Source: Parasphingorhabdus sp.
GTDB taxonomy: Bacteria > Pseudomonadota > Gammaproteobacteria > Arenicellales > CAJQKF01
Direction of reading: 5' to 3'
Assembly: GCA_047615875.1 (NCBI GenBank)
Contig: JBLHGU010000006.1
Location: 1,771-65,770 of the forward strand
DNA length: 64,000 nucleotides
Of this stretch, positions 19,811 through 30,298 are shown one piece after another. How positions within the stretch are numbered: the stretch's first letter is position 1; each line of letters starts with the position of its first letter. The notes beneath the pieces are model-generated. The model was not told where the DNA came from, did not search any database, and saw nothing but the letters and a program-made list of their open reading frames with translations. Position numbers and translations under genes: made by a program.

Positions 19811-21322
19811 ATGGCACACAGTTATCTAAAAAGTATCCTTACCTCCAGGGTATATGATGTAGCCAGGGAGACGGAATTATCCTATGCGTCTAAATTGTCT
19901 CGACGTTTAAATTGCAACATTTGGCTAAAGCGGGAAGATCAGCAAGATGTTTTTTCGTTTAAGATTCGCGGTGCTTACAATAAGATGGCCCGGACTAGCC
20001 CTGAAATACTGGCCAACGGCGTAGTTGCCGCATCTGCAGGAAATCATGCTCAAGGTGTCGCTTATGCTGCACGCAAGTTAAAGTGTCAGGCTACAATATT
20101 TATGCCGATTACAACGCCAACCATAAAGAGTAGCGCTGTTCGGCAACTCGGTGCAAAAGTTCGTCTGGTGGGAGATAACTTTGATGAGACCGCTACTGAT
20201 GCCCATCAATATTGTGTAGAAAACAAATTACTTTTCGTTCCACCCTATGATGATCCTGACGTTATCGCCGGACAGGGTACAATTGCCCTTGAGATACTAA
20301 GTCAGCATTCTGGAGATCTGGATGCTATTTTCATACCCGTCGGCGGCGGCGGCTTAATCTCAGGTATTTCCACACTAATTAAAGAACTACGCCCAGATGT
20401 AAAAATTATCGGCGTAGAGCCTGAAGATGCCGCCTCAATGACCGCCGCTCTGGCACAAAAACGCAGAGTAAGACTAGCTCATGTTGGACAGTTCGCAGAT
20501 GGGGTTGCCGTTGGCCAGGCAGGCAAGGAACCTTTCAGGATTTGTCTTGAATCCGTTGACGACATGATCACTGTCAATACCGATGAGATCTGTGCCGCGA
20601 TCAAAGATATATTCGAAGATACTCGTTCCATTATGGAAGCCGCCGGCGCACTTTCAATAGCCGGACTGAAGAAGTATGTTAAGCAAAATGATCTGGACAA
20701 AAGCAATCTAATAGCCATTGCGTCTGGCGCCAATATGAATTTTGATCGCTTGCGACATGTATCAGAGCGGGCCGAGATAGGAGAGCTCCGCGAGGCTATA
20801 TTATCGGTCACTATTCCCGAAAAGCCCGGAAGTTTTCGGCGCTTTTGTCGGTTAATTGGCAAACGCAACGTAACCGAGTTCAATTACCGATATGCTCAGG
20901 AGGGCAGTGCGAATATTTATGTCGGGTTGCAGATTCAGGACAGGAATGATATACGCAATGTAATAGATAAACTAGAGAACACGGGATATGCCACAGTCGA
21001 CCTAACCGATAACGAAATGGCTAAACTACATATCCGACACATGGTTGGCGGTCGCGCCACAGAAGTAACAGACGAAATGCTTTTCAGACTACAATTTCCG
21101 GAACGTCCGGGCGCGCTATCTGGCTTTCTGGATGCTCTGGGTGAAAACTGGAATATTAGTCTGTTTCACTATCGTAGCCATGGTGCAGATTTCGGCAGAA
21201 TTCTTTGCGGTATACAAGTACCCAGAGCACAAAGAAAATCCATCAAGAAGCTCCTGAATAGCCTTGACTATCCGTGGTCCGACGAAAGCGACAATGTCGC
21301 TTATCGCCTGTTTCTGAGCTAA
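19811..21322 (+). CDS. ilvA: Biosynthetic threonine ammonia-lyase (threonine dehydratase)
   Basis: 503 aa with the PLP site FSFKIRGAYN, the GGGGL loop and two C-terminal ACT-like regulatory repeats. Confidence 0.95.
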   Translation: MAHSYLKSILTSRVYDVARETELSYASKLSRRLNCNIWLKREDQQDVFSFKIRGAYNKMARTSPEILANGVVAASAGNHAQGVAYAARKLKCQATIFMPITTPTIKSSAVRQLGAKVRLVGDNFDETATDAHQYCVENKLLFVPPYDDPDVIAGQGTIALEILSQHSGDLDAIFIPVGGGGLISGISTLIKELRPDVKIIGVEPEDAASMTAALAQKRRVRLAHVGQFADGVAVGQAGKEPFRICLESVDDMITVNTDEICAAIKDIFEDTRSIMEAAGALSIAGLKKYVKQNDLDKSNLIAIASGANMNFDRLRHVSERAEIGELREAILSVTIPEKPGSFRRFCRLIGKRNVTEFNYRYAQEGSANIYVGLQIQDRNDIRNVIDKLENTGYATVDLTDNEMAKLHIRHMVGGRATEVTDEMLFRLQFPERPGALSGFLDALGENWNISLFHYRSHGADFGRILCGIQVPRAQRKSIKKLLNSLDYPWSDESDNVAYRLFLS

Positions 21323-21344
21323 CCTATTGTGAGTCATCGTCAAA

Positions 21345-21557
21345 GTGAGTAATAAATTGCCAGCGATCTACAAATTCACCCAGATATACCAAATGCCAGG
21401 AGAGGGATTTATCGCCGAGTTTCGGCATCTAGACAACACAAAGCTGTTTGATCTGGAGGGGCTACGCTACAGGCTACTGGAACGTAGAAATAGTGGGGAT
21501 GACACCAGAGAAGAAGAAAAGGCTCTGGCTGTACTGAGCAATCTGGATAGAAGTTAG
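21345..21557 (+). CDS. Hypothetical 70-aa protein
   Basis: ORF only, with a GTG start, no recognisable motif and no clear RBS. It lies at the boundary of the glycan island. Confidence 0.25.
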   Translation: MSNKLPAIYKFTQIYQMPGEGFIAEFRHLDNTKLFDLEGLRYRLLERRNSGDDTREEEKALAVLSNLDRS

Positions 21558-21577
21558 GTTAGCACCAGGATAAACTG

Positions 21578-23563
21578 CTAGTCTTCTGCGCTGGCTATCG
21601 TATGTCCAATTCTATAAATTTTTTGATTTTCACCATGCCACAACAACTCCAAGCCATCGGGTTGGCGAGAAATCAAATTTTCAAAGGCCTCTCCATATTG
21701 TTGTGAGACTCGCATTGAGTCGTCTCCCCAATGGCGTCCCACTTTTCCTGTATGGCTAATCCCACCATCCTTTTGATTTAACACCAACAACCATCCTTTA
21801 TACCTGTCCAGTACATCCTGCCCATACTCACTTTCCTTCAACGACATAATTCCGTTACCGGAAAATTTATGAGATGGAAATTCATGATGGGTGTATGCGT
21901 TTATCGCATAACCAGTAAATTTGTCCGTAAGTACCCTAGATTTTTCGAAACGATTCAACTGGTCAATTAAGTCTTCCCAAACTCTGATGTCATTTTTCGC
22001 TGACACCGGCCCAAGCATTGCAATTTTGCTCCAGTCTGAATGGACAAATCGATTATCAATAGGAAACAAAAGCACCAGAAATAACCCAGCTATCAGCGCT
22101 GAAGAAACCCTGGACATAATTTTTCCTTTGCTTATCGCTGTGCGGAGAAAGGTCCAAAAAAAGAAACCACCGACTAGCGCCAAAGGTATAACGTACGCTA
22201 TCCTCCACAATACCTCTGGCCAGGAAATTCTCAGAAATAAATCCGTAAATATTGGATTAAACACGGTAAAGAATGGCAGTAACATCGCGGCCATAATCAG
22301 ATTGCTATTTCGCAGCTGCTCTCTTCTCCAGAAGAAGCATGCGTATACCAACACCCCCCAAATCGTAATAACTTGGTAGAACTGATGGGTAGGTTTTAAG
22401 ATATAAAGACTTTTCAGGAACGGAATAATAACCTTAACGTCGGTTAAAACCCCATACACAAGCGGATTATTTCTCACCACGCTGGTATATAAATAGCCGT
22501 GCACTGAAAGATAAGCAACAATAGCTAAACCGGTAAGCAAGTAATTTTTACGGGCGATGGACCATTGATGCAGCTCCTGTTTTGCGCCTATTCTAGCAAT
22601 AGAATTCTTTTGCAATCGATAACAATCAAGACTATTAAGAAATAAAATCATTAGTCCCATCAATATTGCGAACATGCCTTCCTGCATGTGGGTCATCGTG
22701 CAAACAACCGTCCCTATCATTGCAAACATCATCCAATGATCAAACCATTTCTCCGACTTTAGATATCTCTCCATGCTAAGAAATACCACGAAAAGAACGA
22801 TAAAATTTAGAAATACTGGGCCAAAGGTGTAGTAACGAAGAAAAGAAAATACCCCAGTTCCAAAATGGAGAACGAAGAAAATACTGGCGAATATCCCAAC
22901 AAAACTACGAACATGAGGCTTTTCAGAAACACTCTGCATGGCAGCGACAACAAACCAGTAGAAACTCGCCAATAGCAATACACAGTTACCAATAGTCAGC
23001 CAAAACAAAGATTCTCTAATACTTTCGCCTGACCAATAAAGCAAACTACCAACCAGTAAATACCAGTAGTGATTGAGCTTATTAAAAATCGCGTTTCCTG
23101 AAATGATCTGCAAATCGCGATTTTCAATAATTAGCTGTAGCTTGTCCTGAATTCGACCAATATGCCAAATCGCATCCGAAGGAATTTCTGCGTATGGACC
23201 CACCCATACACTGTAAATAGTTGTTAGTAACACAACAACAAGTGCACCATAGGCTTCTACAGTTACTCGTCCTGGGATAATTATACGAGTGACTGACAAT
23301 GCCGCCTGCTGTGACTTCCAGGCGCATACCACAATCGTTATACCAAATAATCCAAACCACACTGCAGGAATAGATTGAGCAGAAATCTGGCTCACTTTTG
23401 CCAAAAACACGGACAGAATGGCAATTCCAAAAGAAATCGCAAAAGAGAAGAGCAAGCGTGGCGCAAGCGTATGGAAGACACCGGTAAGAAGCCAACCAGG
23501 TACGAATAAGATCAGAGTGTATAAAAGCATTAACGCCAAACTAGCGGCCCGCGTGGGATACAA
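21578..23563 (-). CDS. Uncharacterised polytopic membrane protein (~13 TM) with a ~170-aa C-terminal soluble domain; last gene of the glycan operon
   Basis: 661 aa, hydrophobic to about residue 490, then a hydrophilic tail (RFVHSDWSKI...). It overlaps the initiating transferase gene by 23 nt. I could not assign a family by eye. Confidence 0.6.
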   Translation of the reverse strand: MYPTRAASLALMLLYTLILFVPGWLLTGVFHTLAPRLLFSFAISFGIAILSVFLAKVSQISAQSIPAVWFGLFGITIVVCAWKSQQAALSVTRIIIPGRVTVEAYGALVVVLLTTIYSVWVGPYAEIPSDAIWHIGRIQDKLQLIIENRDLQIISGNAIFNKLNHYWYLLVGSLLYWSGESIRESLFWLTIGNCVLLLASFYWFVVAAMQSVSEKPHVRSFVGIFASIFFVLHFGTGVFSFLRYYTFGPVFLNFIVLFVVFLSMERYLKSEKWFDHWMMFAMIGTVVCTMTHMQEGMFAILMGLMILFLNSLDCYRLQKNSIARIGAKQELHQWSIARKNYLLTGLAIVAYLSVHGYLYTSVVRNNPLVYGVLTDVKVIIPFLKSLYILKPTHQFYQVITIWGVLVYACFFWRREQLRNSNLIMAAMLLPFFTVFNPIFTDLFLRISWPEVLWRIAYVIPLALVGGFFFWTFLRTAISKGKIMSRVSSALIAGLFLVLLFPIDNRFVHSDWSKIAMLGPVSAKNDIRVWEDLIDQLNRFEKSRVLTDKFTGYAINAYTHHEFPSHKFSGNGIMSLKESEYGQDVLDRYKGWLLVLNQKDGGISHTGKVGRHWGDDSMRVSQQYGEAFENLISRQPDGLELLWHGENQKIYRIGHTIASAED

Positions 23564-24872
23564 CCACCTTGATAGTACGAAGTGCGATGTATAGATCTAG
23601 AATTAGTGAGTAATTTTTTATGTAATAAAGATCGTACTCAAGCTTTCTCAATGCATCACTAACTGAAGCACCGTAGGGATACATTACTTGCGCCCAGCCG
23701 GTAATGCCTGGTTTTACCATATGTCTGAGATTATAATATGGAATTTCTTTTTCCAGAATAAGATTGAAATCGGGACGCTCCGGTCGCGGCCCCACAAAAC
23801 TCATATCACCTTTTATTACATTCCAAAGCTGCGGAAGCTCATCTAACCGCGTTCTCCGCAACCATCGCCCTACGGTTGTAGTCCGTGGATCATTCTTCTC
23901 TGCCCATTGAGCTTTACCCTGCTCAGCATCTTCTCGCATCGTCCTTAATTTTACTAGAAAAAACGGAATACCATCCTTACCTGTTCTCTGTTGTCGATAA
24001 AATACGCGCCCACCATCTAACTTTATTAGAGGAGCACATAGCAATACAGCCGGAACCAACACAATCAAGCCAAGGCCCGCAATCAACAAATCAAATAACC
24101 GCTTAACCCTAAGTTGGGCACTATGATGCAGCAAGGTAAATCCTTCGGAAATTACAAACCAGTGGTCTTTTAGATAGGCCACCGGAATCTTCATTGCAAA
24201 CTCTTCAAAGAATTCTTCTGTGCCTAGCACGCGACAACCACTGAAGCGAAGATGCATTAGTTTTGGTATCAGCTCCTTGTTCAAATAGTTTTCTTGATCA
24301 ACAATGACTCCGTCCAGCCCATACTGCTTGTCTAACTCTGTTGCCTGTAGGAATATCTGGTCCGGATGATCACCCTTTAAATCGTGTAACAGAATCGCCG
24401 GATCAACCGAGGCCATTTCCTGATACAGAACATCAAAAGTTGCTTTTTTTGCTACTACTAGCCACCTGGGTCGACGATTAATTCTTACCCAGCGAATAAT
24501 TAAAAATCGTATAAGTGCTGCCCAAAACAGGTAGCTAAACATAGAAACCAGAAATACACTTCGCCAAAGAACTGGGTCGACGTCAAATGAACGAGTTGTA
24601 TATATCATCGCTGCAGTTATCAAAGAGGCAACACCTACAGCCAGCGACGTTCTCATTAAAGTTTCAAGCGATCGGGACATTCGATCGAGGCTATACAGAT
24701 TGAATACGTAAAACACCATCAATGTGACAAATAACACCATTGCCAGAGAGAAATTTATATCGCGCCCCCATTCATTCAATCTCGCTGCCTGGGAAAGGAT
24801 AATAATTAAATAGAGCCCGCCCACATCAAGTGTCAGCAAAATGATTGAAGTCCAATTACCTCGGATGTTCAT
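23541..24872 (-). CDS. Polyprenyl-phosphate sugar-1-phosphate transferase (WbaP/WcaJ-type initiating enzyme)
   Basis: 443 aa with N-terminal TM helices, a central domain and the C-terminal bacterial sugar transferase signature [28 protein letters not shown]. Confidence 0.85.
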   Translation of the reverse strand: MNIRGNWTSIILLTLDVGGLYLIIILSQAARLNEWGRDINFSLAMVLFVTLMVFYVFNLYSLDRMSRSLETLMRTSLAVGVASLITAAMIYTTRSFDVDPVLWRSVFLVSMFSYLFWAALIRFLIIRWVRINRRPRWLVVAKKATFDVLYQEMASVDPAILLHDLKGDHPDQIFLQATELDKQYGLDGVIVDQENYLNKELIPKLMHLRFSGCRVLGTEEFFEEFAMKIPVAYLKDHWFVISEGFTLLHHSAQLRVKRLFDLLIAGLGLIVLVPAVLLCAPLIKLDGGRVFYRQQRTGKDGIPFFLVKLRTMREDAEQGKAQWAEKNDPRTTTVGRWLRRTRLDELPQLWNVIKGDMSFVGPRPERPDFNLILEKEIPYYNLRHMVKPGITGWAQVMYPYGASVSDALRKLEYDLYYIKNYSLILDLYIALRTIKVVVSHAGR

Positions 24873-25987
24873 GATGCGCTGGTTATTCCCATCCTGCTTA
24901 AAACTAGTTTATTAACTTTGTGAACATCAAAATCCCTTTCTACGCGACGCCGTGAGCTCTCCCCCATTGAAGCTATTAGCTCTGGATTTTTTATAAATTT
25001 TAATGCGGCTATGCAAATCGCATCCGAGTCTTTCGGCGGCACCACAAAACCTTCCACACCATCTTCCACCAGATCACGGCAACCAGGTACATCAGTCGTG
25101 ATCACAGGCATGCCAGCTGCCATAGCTTCCATAATCGACCGAGACAACCCTTCTCTATAAGACGGCAAAACAAATATGTCATGCTGCTGAAGAACAGGTC
25201 GTACATCTTCCTCGATACCAAGATATTTCACCAATCCCTCTTTCTCCAGCTGATCAATCCAATCTTTTGACAAACCTTGCGGGTTACTGTCGATAGGACC
25301 TAATAACGAAAAACTTACCGCTTCACCTTTGAGAGCCCGGGCTGCATTAACCAATTCACGCACGCCTTTGTCAATAAGTAGCCTCCCTACATACAGAAAT
25401 TTAAGTGGCATCTTCGATCCAATTGAAACTTCTGGTTTTATCCACGTCAGATCAATACCGGTGCCAGGTATTACTCGACTCTGATTTTGCCGAACGATTC
25501 TTTCTAATTGAAAAACCCTTTCATCCTCATCATTTTGAAAAAATACACCTGTGACATTCCTAAAACCTGCTCTATACAACAAAACAATTAGTCTGCGAAA
25601 CAGACTTTTACCAAAGCCAGTGCCTATAAAAACATATCCCAGCCCGGTTATCATACAAAATTGTTTATATCGATTTGATATAGAGTTTAACAAGGAAATG
25701 TACAAATTAGGTTTAATACTAAAACTTAAAATTAGATCAGGGTTCAGTTTTGCCAAAATTCTGTTGAGTTTTAAAATTGATTCAATTTCGCGAATTGGGT
25801 TTTGACCATGCTGGCTCAGCGACCAATCGACAACTTTCGCACCCAGCTTTTCAAGTTCATTGCAATAGTCGTCTTTCGGCACCACACAAATTAACTCACA
25901 TTGTGCATCTACCACAGATTTTGCCAGCTCCTGATAATGCATGAAAATATACTGAGCGGTATTATGACAAAATACAACTCGTTTCAA
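24869..25987 (-). CDS. Glycosyltransferase family 4 (GT-B, Glycos_transf_1)
   Basis: 372 aa with the EX7E-type block REGLSRSIMEAMAAGMPVITTDVPGCRDLV. Confidence 0.8.
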   Translation of the reverse strand: MKRVVFCHNTAQYIFMHYQELAKSVVDAQCELICVVPKDDYCNELEKLGAKVVDWSLSQHGQNPIREIESILKLNRILAKLNPDLILSFSIKPNLYISLLNSISNRYKQFCMITGLGYVFIGTGFGKSLFRRLIVLLYRAGFRNVTGVFFQNDEDERVFQLERIVRQNQSRVIPGTGIDLTWIKPEVSIGSKMPLKFLYVGRLLIDKGVRELVNAARALKGEAVSFSLLGPIDSNPQGLSKDWIDQLEKEGLVKYLGIEEDVRPVLQQHDIFVLPSYREGLSRSIMEAMAAGMPVITTDVPGCRDLVEDGVEGFVVPPKDSDAICIAALKFIKNPELIASMGESSRRRVERDFDVHKVNKLVLSRMGITSAS

Positions 25988-27972
25988 GCGGACTGTCCTT
26001 CAAGCCAGGCCTGCAGCATCAATAGATTCCACAATCGATACTGGTGATCCACACTCCCATCGAAGTGCTGTTTTCGCAAGATATTCACCCTGTCAACATT
26101 CAACAATCCTTGACGCCTTATAAGGTCACTATCCAATAAGTCGTTAGCCCAGTTTTTCAGTGGGCCGTTGAGCCAATCGGAAAGCGGAATAGCGAAACCA
26201 GATTTTGGTCGTTCCACCAATTCCCGAGGCACTCTCTTGTAGAGAATTTTTCTCAGGGGTATTTTGGTTTGATGGATATCGCTCTGGGCATTATCTGGTT
26301 TCATTGACCAGGCCATTGCTATAACATCATGACATAAGAGTGGCACTCTCACTTCCAGCGAAACCGACATTGACGCCCGATCGACCTTAGTAAGAATATC
26401 GTCTAAAAGGTAACTCTTAATATCTCTGCCCATCATGTTTGACAGCATCGTATCGCCAAACTTTGCCGGTTTAGAATACTCGTAGTTCGGCTCCTTTCCC
26501 CCATTAACCAACTCTTCGGGATTACTTTCGTGAGAAATAATCAGACGGTATAAATCATCGGCATTTTTGCTAACAAGCATTTCGGCTAATCTTCGAAATT
26601 TTGCCGCTGATTGGGACGATCCTGACTTTCCCGGTAACAAGGGTGCAAATATTTTCAGCATCGCTGTTGGCATATTCTTTAGTAAAAATGCCATTGGTGC
26701 ACGCAATCTCACAGGTAACGCCCCGATGTAGCGCCACAATTTTTCGGCATATCGATATCGATCATAGCCGGCGAACAGTTCGTCGCCACCGTCACCGGAT
26801 AACGCTACGGTAACGACACTGCGGGTGACCCGAGAAACCAGCATAGTGGGCAACTGAGAAGAATCTGCAAACGGTTCATCAAAGTGATGAGGCAAACTTG
26901 GGACAAGTTCAAGCGCATCATTTGCAGTAAGCGTGAATTCATGGTGATCAGTACCCAGATGGGAAGCAATTTTTGCGGCGTTCTTGGCTTCATTATATTC
27001 TGACTCACCAAATCCAATAGTAAAGGTTTTTATGGGATTTGAGGATTGCTCTGCCATTAAGGCAACAATTGCGCTTGAGTCTATGCCCCCAGAAAGAAAC
27101 GCACCGAGAGGCACATCTGCAACCATTTGTCGGGCTACTGATGTAGTAATTAGCTGTTCCAGGGCCTCCTGTTGGTCATGCGACCCCTGCATTAAATGGG
27201 TGGATGATTCAAGAGCATCAGGAACTCGCCAGTAGCTTATGGGAGAGACGTTTTCCTCGCTTCGACCACTACACACGTCTGGATGAAAGTGACGTTGACG
27301 CGATAGTTCTTTCAATGAAAATGTTATTTTACTACCTGCTGGCAACTTATAAATAGATTGGTAAATAGTGTGTGGGGTTGGGATATAGTTATGTCTAAAA
27401 TATAGTAACAGCGCATCGCGATTGATTTTCGGCGACCACCCGGGCATGTTTCGAAATACCTTTAATTCTGAGCCAAAAACCAACGTATCCCCAACAAACC
27501 CGTAATATAAAGGTTTCTCTCCAACTCGATCTCGCACCAGGTTTAGATTACCAGTTTCATGATCATATAACGCAAATGCAAACATGCCATGGCAACGACT
27601 CAGCATATTATCTAGTCCGTAGCAATCTATTCCCTTTAACAGTACCTCTGTATCAGATGTACCCCGAAATCGTTCGCCGGTCGATTCAAGCTGTTTACGA
27701 ATCTCCTTAAAATTGTAAATTTCGCCGTTATAACAAATTGTGTATCGCCCACTCGTGCTCTGCATGGGTTGTGCGCCTGTCGGCGTCAGATCAACAATTG
27801 ATAACCGTCTATGACCAAAAGCAATACAAAGATTTCTATCCAACCAATAGCCAGCCTGGTCTGGTCCACGATGGGAAATTGTATCGGTTATATCTTCTAA
27901 AAGTTTCCGCACTCCAGACTCACCATAGGTCTGAAACACCTCACCACCAAAAAACCCGCTTATCCCACACAT
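25984..27972 (-). CDS. Asparagine synthase (glutamine-hydrolysing)-like amidotransferase, WbpS-like
   Basis: 662 aa with the MCGISGFF Ntn-glutaminase start and the PP-loop SGGIDSS. It lies inside a glycan operon. Confidence 0.85.
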   Translation of the reverse strand: MCGISGFFGGEVFQTYGESGVRKLLEDITDTISHRGPDQAGYWLDRNLCIAFGHRRLSIVDLTPTGAQPMQSTSGRYTICYNGEIYNFKEIRKQLESTGERFRGTSDTEVLLKGIDCYGLDNMLSRCHGMFAFALYDHETGNLNLVRDRVGEKPLYYGFVGDTLVFGSELKVFRNMPGWSPKINRDALLLYFRHNYIPTPHTIYQSIYKLPAGSKITFSLKELSRQRHFHPDVCSGRSEENVSPISYWRVPDALESSTHLMQGSHDQQEALEQLITTSVARQMVADVPLGAFLSGGIDSSAIVALMAEQSSNPIKTFTIGFGESEYNEAKNAAKIASHLGTDHHEFTLTANDALELVPSLPHHFDEPFADSSQLPTMLVSRVTRSVVTVALSGDGGDELFAGYDRYRYAEKLWRYIGALPVRLRAPMAFLLKNMPTAMLKIFAPLLPGKSGSSQSAAKFRRLAEMLVSKNADDLYRLIISHESNPEELVNGGKEPNYEYSKPAKFGDTMLSNMMGRDIKSYLLDDILTKVDRASMSVSLEVRVPLLCHDVIAMAWSMKPDNAQSDIHQTKIPLRKILYKRVPRELVERPKSGFAIPLSDWLNGPLKNWANDLLDSDLIRRQGLLNVDRVNILRKQHFDGSVDHQYRLWNLLMLQAWLEGQSA

Positions 27973-27973
27973 T

Positions 27974-29107
27974 TCAGCAAACTATCCTAATAGATTGATA
28001 AAGGGACTCATATTGCTGAACTGAACTGTCTACAGAATATTGAGTTTTAATTCTCTCCCGAGCTCGATGGCCCAACTCTCTTCGTTGTCCCACGCTCAGT
28101 GCAAATACGTCAATGACCATCTTAGACAGGCCCTGAATATCTGACACGCAAGCAATGTATCCTGAGCAACCAATTATTTGCCTGGAGTCTCCGACATCAG
28201 TCGCGACAACAGGGAGCCTAGATGCCATTGCCTCTGCGATTGCATTAGGCCATCCTTCACCAAGCGAACAGGATAAATAAACATCTGCGCAATCTAATAG
28301 TTGAGGAATGTCAGGTCGTTCGCCTAGCAATAGGCAAGAATTTTTCAAATCGAGTCGCTGAATTTCAGCTGCTAGCAATGGATTGTCCCAACTAACTCCT
28401 TTACCAACCAGACAAAATATAGCCTTCGGTAGATGTTTACTGATCAGACTTGCGCAGCGCAGAAAGTCTAAATGACCTTTCTGTGGGTCATATCTTCCTA
28501 CGTTAATAATTACTGGAACATCAATAGCAATTTTCAATGAACAGCGCATCAGGTTTCTATTCTGTTTACCAACTTTAAATAGTTCACAGTCCACACCATT
28601 AGGAATTACTGATCCAATTTCTCGGCGATAGCCCATTCTCTCATGAGAGGATTGTGCGGTATTTGCGCAATACACTATGTGGTCCGGGGCCTTTCTTGAA
28701 AGAAGTGATAAGACACGAGAAACAATTAGAGTACTGTAGCTATTCATCTTATGAGATGTATTTGTTTGCCGTACATTCCATATTAAAGGGACTTTACAAA
28801 ATAAAACCACCAGGACCGCATATAAGTCAGCTTTATAGAGCCAACTTTGAACCAATTGAATCTGATATTCTTGCAACAGCCTTCTTACTTTAAAAATTGA
28901 CGTAAAGAACGACCAAACACCTGTCACACAAAGTGCTTCGACCTGAATACCTTTGTTGCGCAGTAGTGGACCAAATACGCCTGGACCGCCAAGTGAAATT
29001 ACCAAATAATCGAGTTTACGATTCTCGAAACTCAAGAACCGATATAGAAATGATTCAGCTCCACCTCTTTCTAACCCCGTAATAATGTGAGCAACACGCT
29101 GTGTCAA
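27974..29107 (-). CDS. Glycosyltransferase family 4
   Basis: 377 aa with GLERGGAE at the N-terminus and GEGWPNAIAEAMASRLPVVATDVGD. Confidence 0.8.
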   Translation of the reverse strand: MTQRVAHIITGLERGGAESFLYRFLSFENRKLDYLVISLGGPGVFGPLLRNKGIQVEALCVTGVWSFFTSIFKVRRLLQEYQIQLVQSWLYKADLYAVLVVLFCKVPLIWNVRQTNTSHKMNSYSTLIVSRVLSLLSRKAPDHIVYCANTAQSSHERMGYRREIGSVIPNGVDCELFKVGKQNRNLMRCSLKIAIDVPVIINVGRYDPQKGHLDFLRCASLISKHLPKAIFCLVGKGVSWDNPLLAAEIQRLDLKNSCLLLGERPDIPQLLDCADVYLSCSLGEGWPNAIAEAMASRLPVVATDVGDSRQIIGCSGYIACVSDIQGLSKMVIDVFALSVGQRRELGHRARERIKTQYSVDSSVQQYESLYQSIRIVC

Positions 29108-29110
29108 ACT

Positions 29111-30298
29111 TTACCACTCATTATAAATCTTATGACTTTCCAGAAACTCGAATATTTTCTGATGGCCTTGTCGATTTGGATGATTCCAGTCCATCTTATC
29201 ACCCCGGTTATAGACATAATATTCACCAACAGTAATTGGCTTTTTCACGTTGCCGAATGCCTGCTTCAAATCTACAAATTCAATTGAAGGACTAAGGTTA
29301 TGCTTTATTAAAGCCTGCACTGCTCCTTTCACAAATGAGTCATCCCAGTTAATGCCAAGCTTTTTATAAACTTCTCTGGCTTGTTCTGATATTTGCATTT
29401 CGTAGGGAACCACCATCACTGTTAACGACACCTGACGATCGATAAGCGCTGCTCCCAACACATTAACTTTCTCGGTTCCATACTGAATCAAATCGCCGTA
29501 CTGAGTGGGAAACAATTCTGCAGACACATATCCATTGCTTTCATATCCGTTGCGGATTATCCAGGACTTAATCCCGGACCTAAGGTGCGTATACAAAAAA
29601 CTTTTACCACGAAGAAAATTATCCAATGGATATATTTTTTCTTTTATCTGTGGCAATAGTCGTGCGAGTTGATCCTGAAAAGACAACTCAACCTTCTTTA
29701 TGGATTCCTCCTCATCTACAGAGGTGCTCTTATCCACTTGATTTTCTTTCTTGCTATTTACAAAAATTTTTTGATAGTGAGGACGTAGCATTTCTTTGGC
29801 ATCTGAAATCTTATCCCCTGGCTTCCAGGTCGTTAATTGCTTTGCATCCTCGGTTAGCAAAGGAGAAAAGTCATTCATGTTCAAAACAAGTACAACGTGA
29901 TTAAGGCTAGCTTCTGTCACTAATCCTAGAATTTGTTTAAAACTGGCCGTGTTCAATAAATTTGTTGCCATATAACAGTAGTTATACTGATCAATCTCAC
30001 TAAATCGTTTAGCCAATAAGTCCGTAAATCGATAGGGCATCCCAGCGCCAACGCCATAACAAATAGAGTCGCCAAAATAACCCAAACGCGGGACTCCATC
30101 TCTATAGGCAAAATTTACGTCGGGGAAGCCTCGATCATTAAGACAGACTTTTCCATAGGGATATTCTGTACATTCGTCCTTCGCAATAATGCCGGTGTAG
30201 TAACCGGGATGATAATTCACAGAATAACGGGTTATTCCTTCCCCAATCAACAGAACAACCCCAATTAGCAACATATTTATCCAAACTACACGTATCAT
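29111..30298 (-). CDS. Membrane-anchored SGNH/GDSL hydrolase-fold protein
   Basis: 395 aa with one N-terminal TM helix. SGNH blocks are visible: YFGDSICYG (block I), VLNMNDF (block III), DWNHP (DxxH, block V). Confidence 0.7.
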   Translation of the reverse strand: MIRVVWINMLLIGVVLLIGEGITRYSVNYHPGYYTGIIAKDECTEYPYGKVCLNDRGFPDVNFAYRDGVPRLGYFGDSICYGVGAGMPYRFTDLLAKRFSEIDQYNYCYMATNLLNTASFKQILGLVTEASLNHVVLVLNMNDFSPLLTEDAKQLTTWKPGDKISDAKEMLRPHYQKIFVNSKKENQVDKSTSVDEEESIKKVELSFQDQLARLLPQIKEKIYPLDNFLRGKSFLYTHLRSGIKSWIIRNGYESNGYVSAELFPTQYGDLIQYGTEKVNVLGAALIDRQVSLTVMVVPYEMQISEQAREVYKKLGINWDDSFVKGAVQALIKHNLSPSIEFVDLKQAFGNVKKPITVGEYYVYNRGDKMDWNHPNRQGHQKIFEFLESHKIYNEW

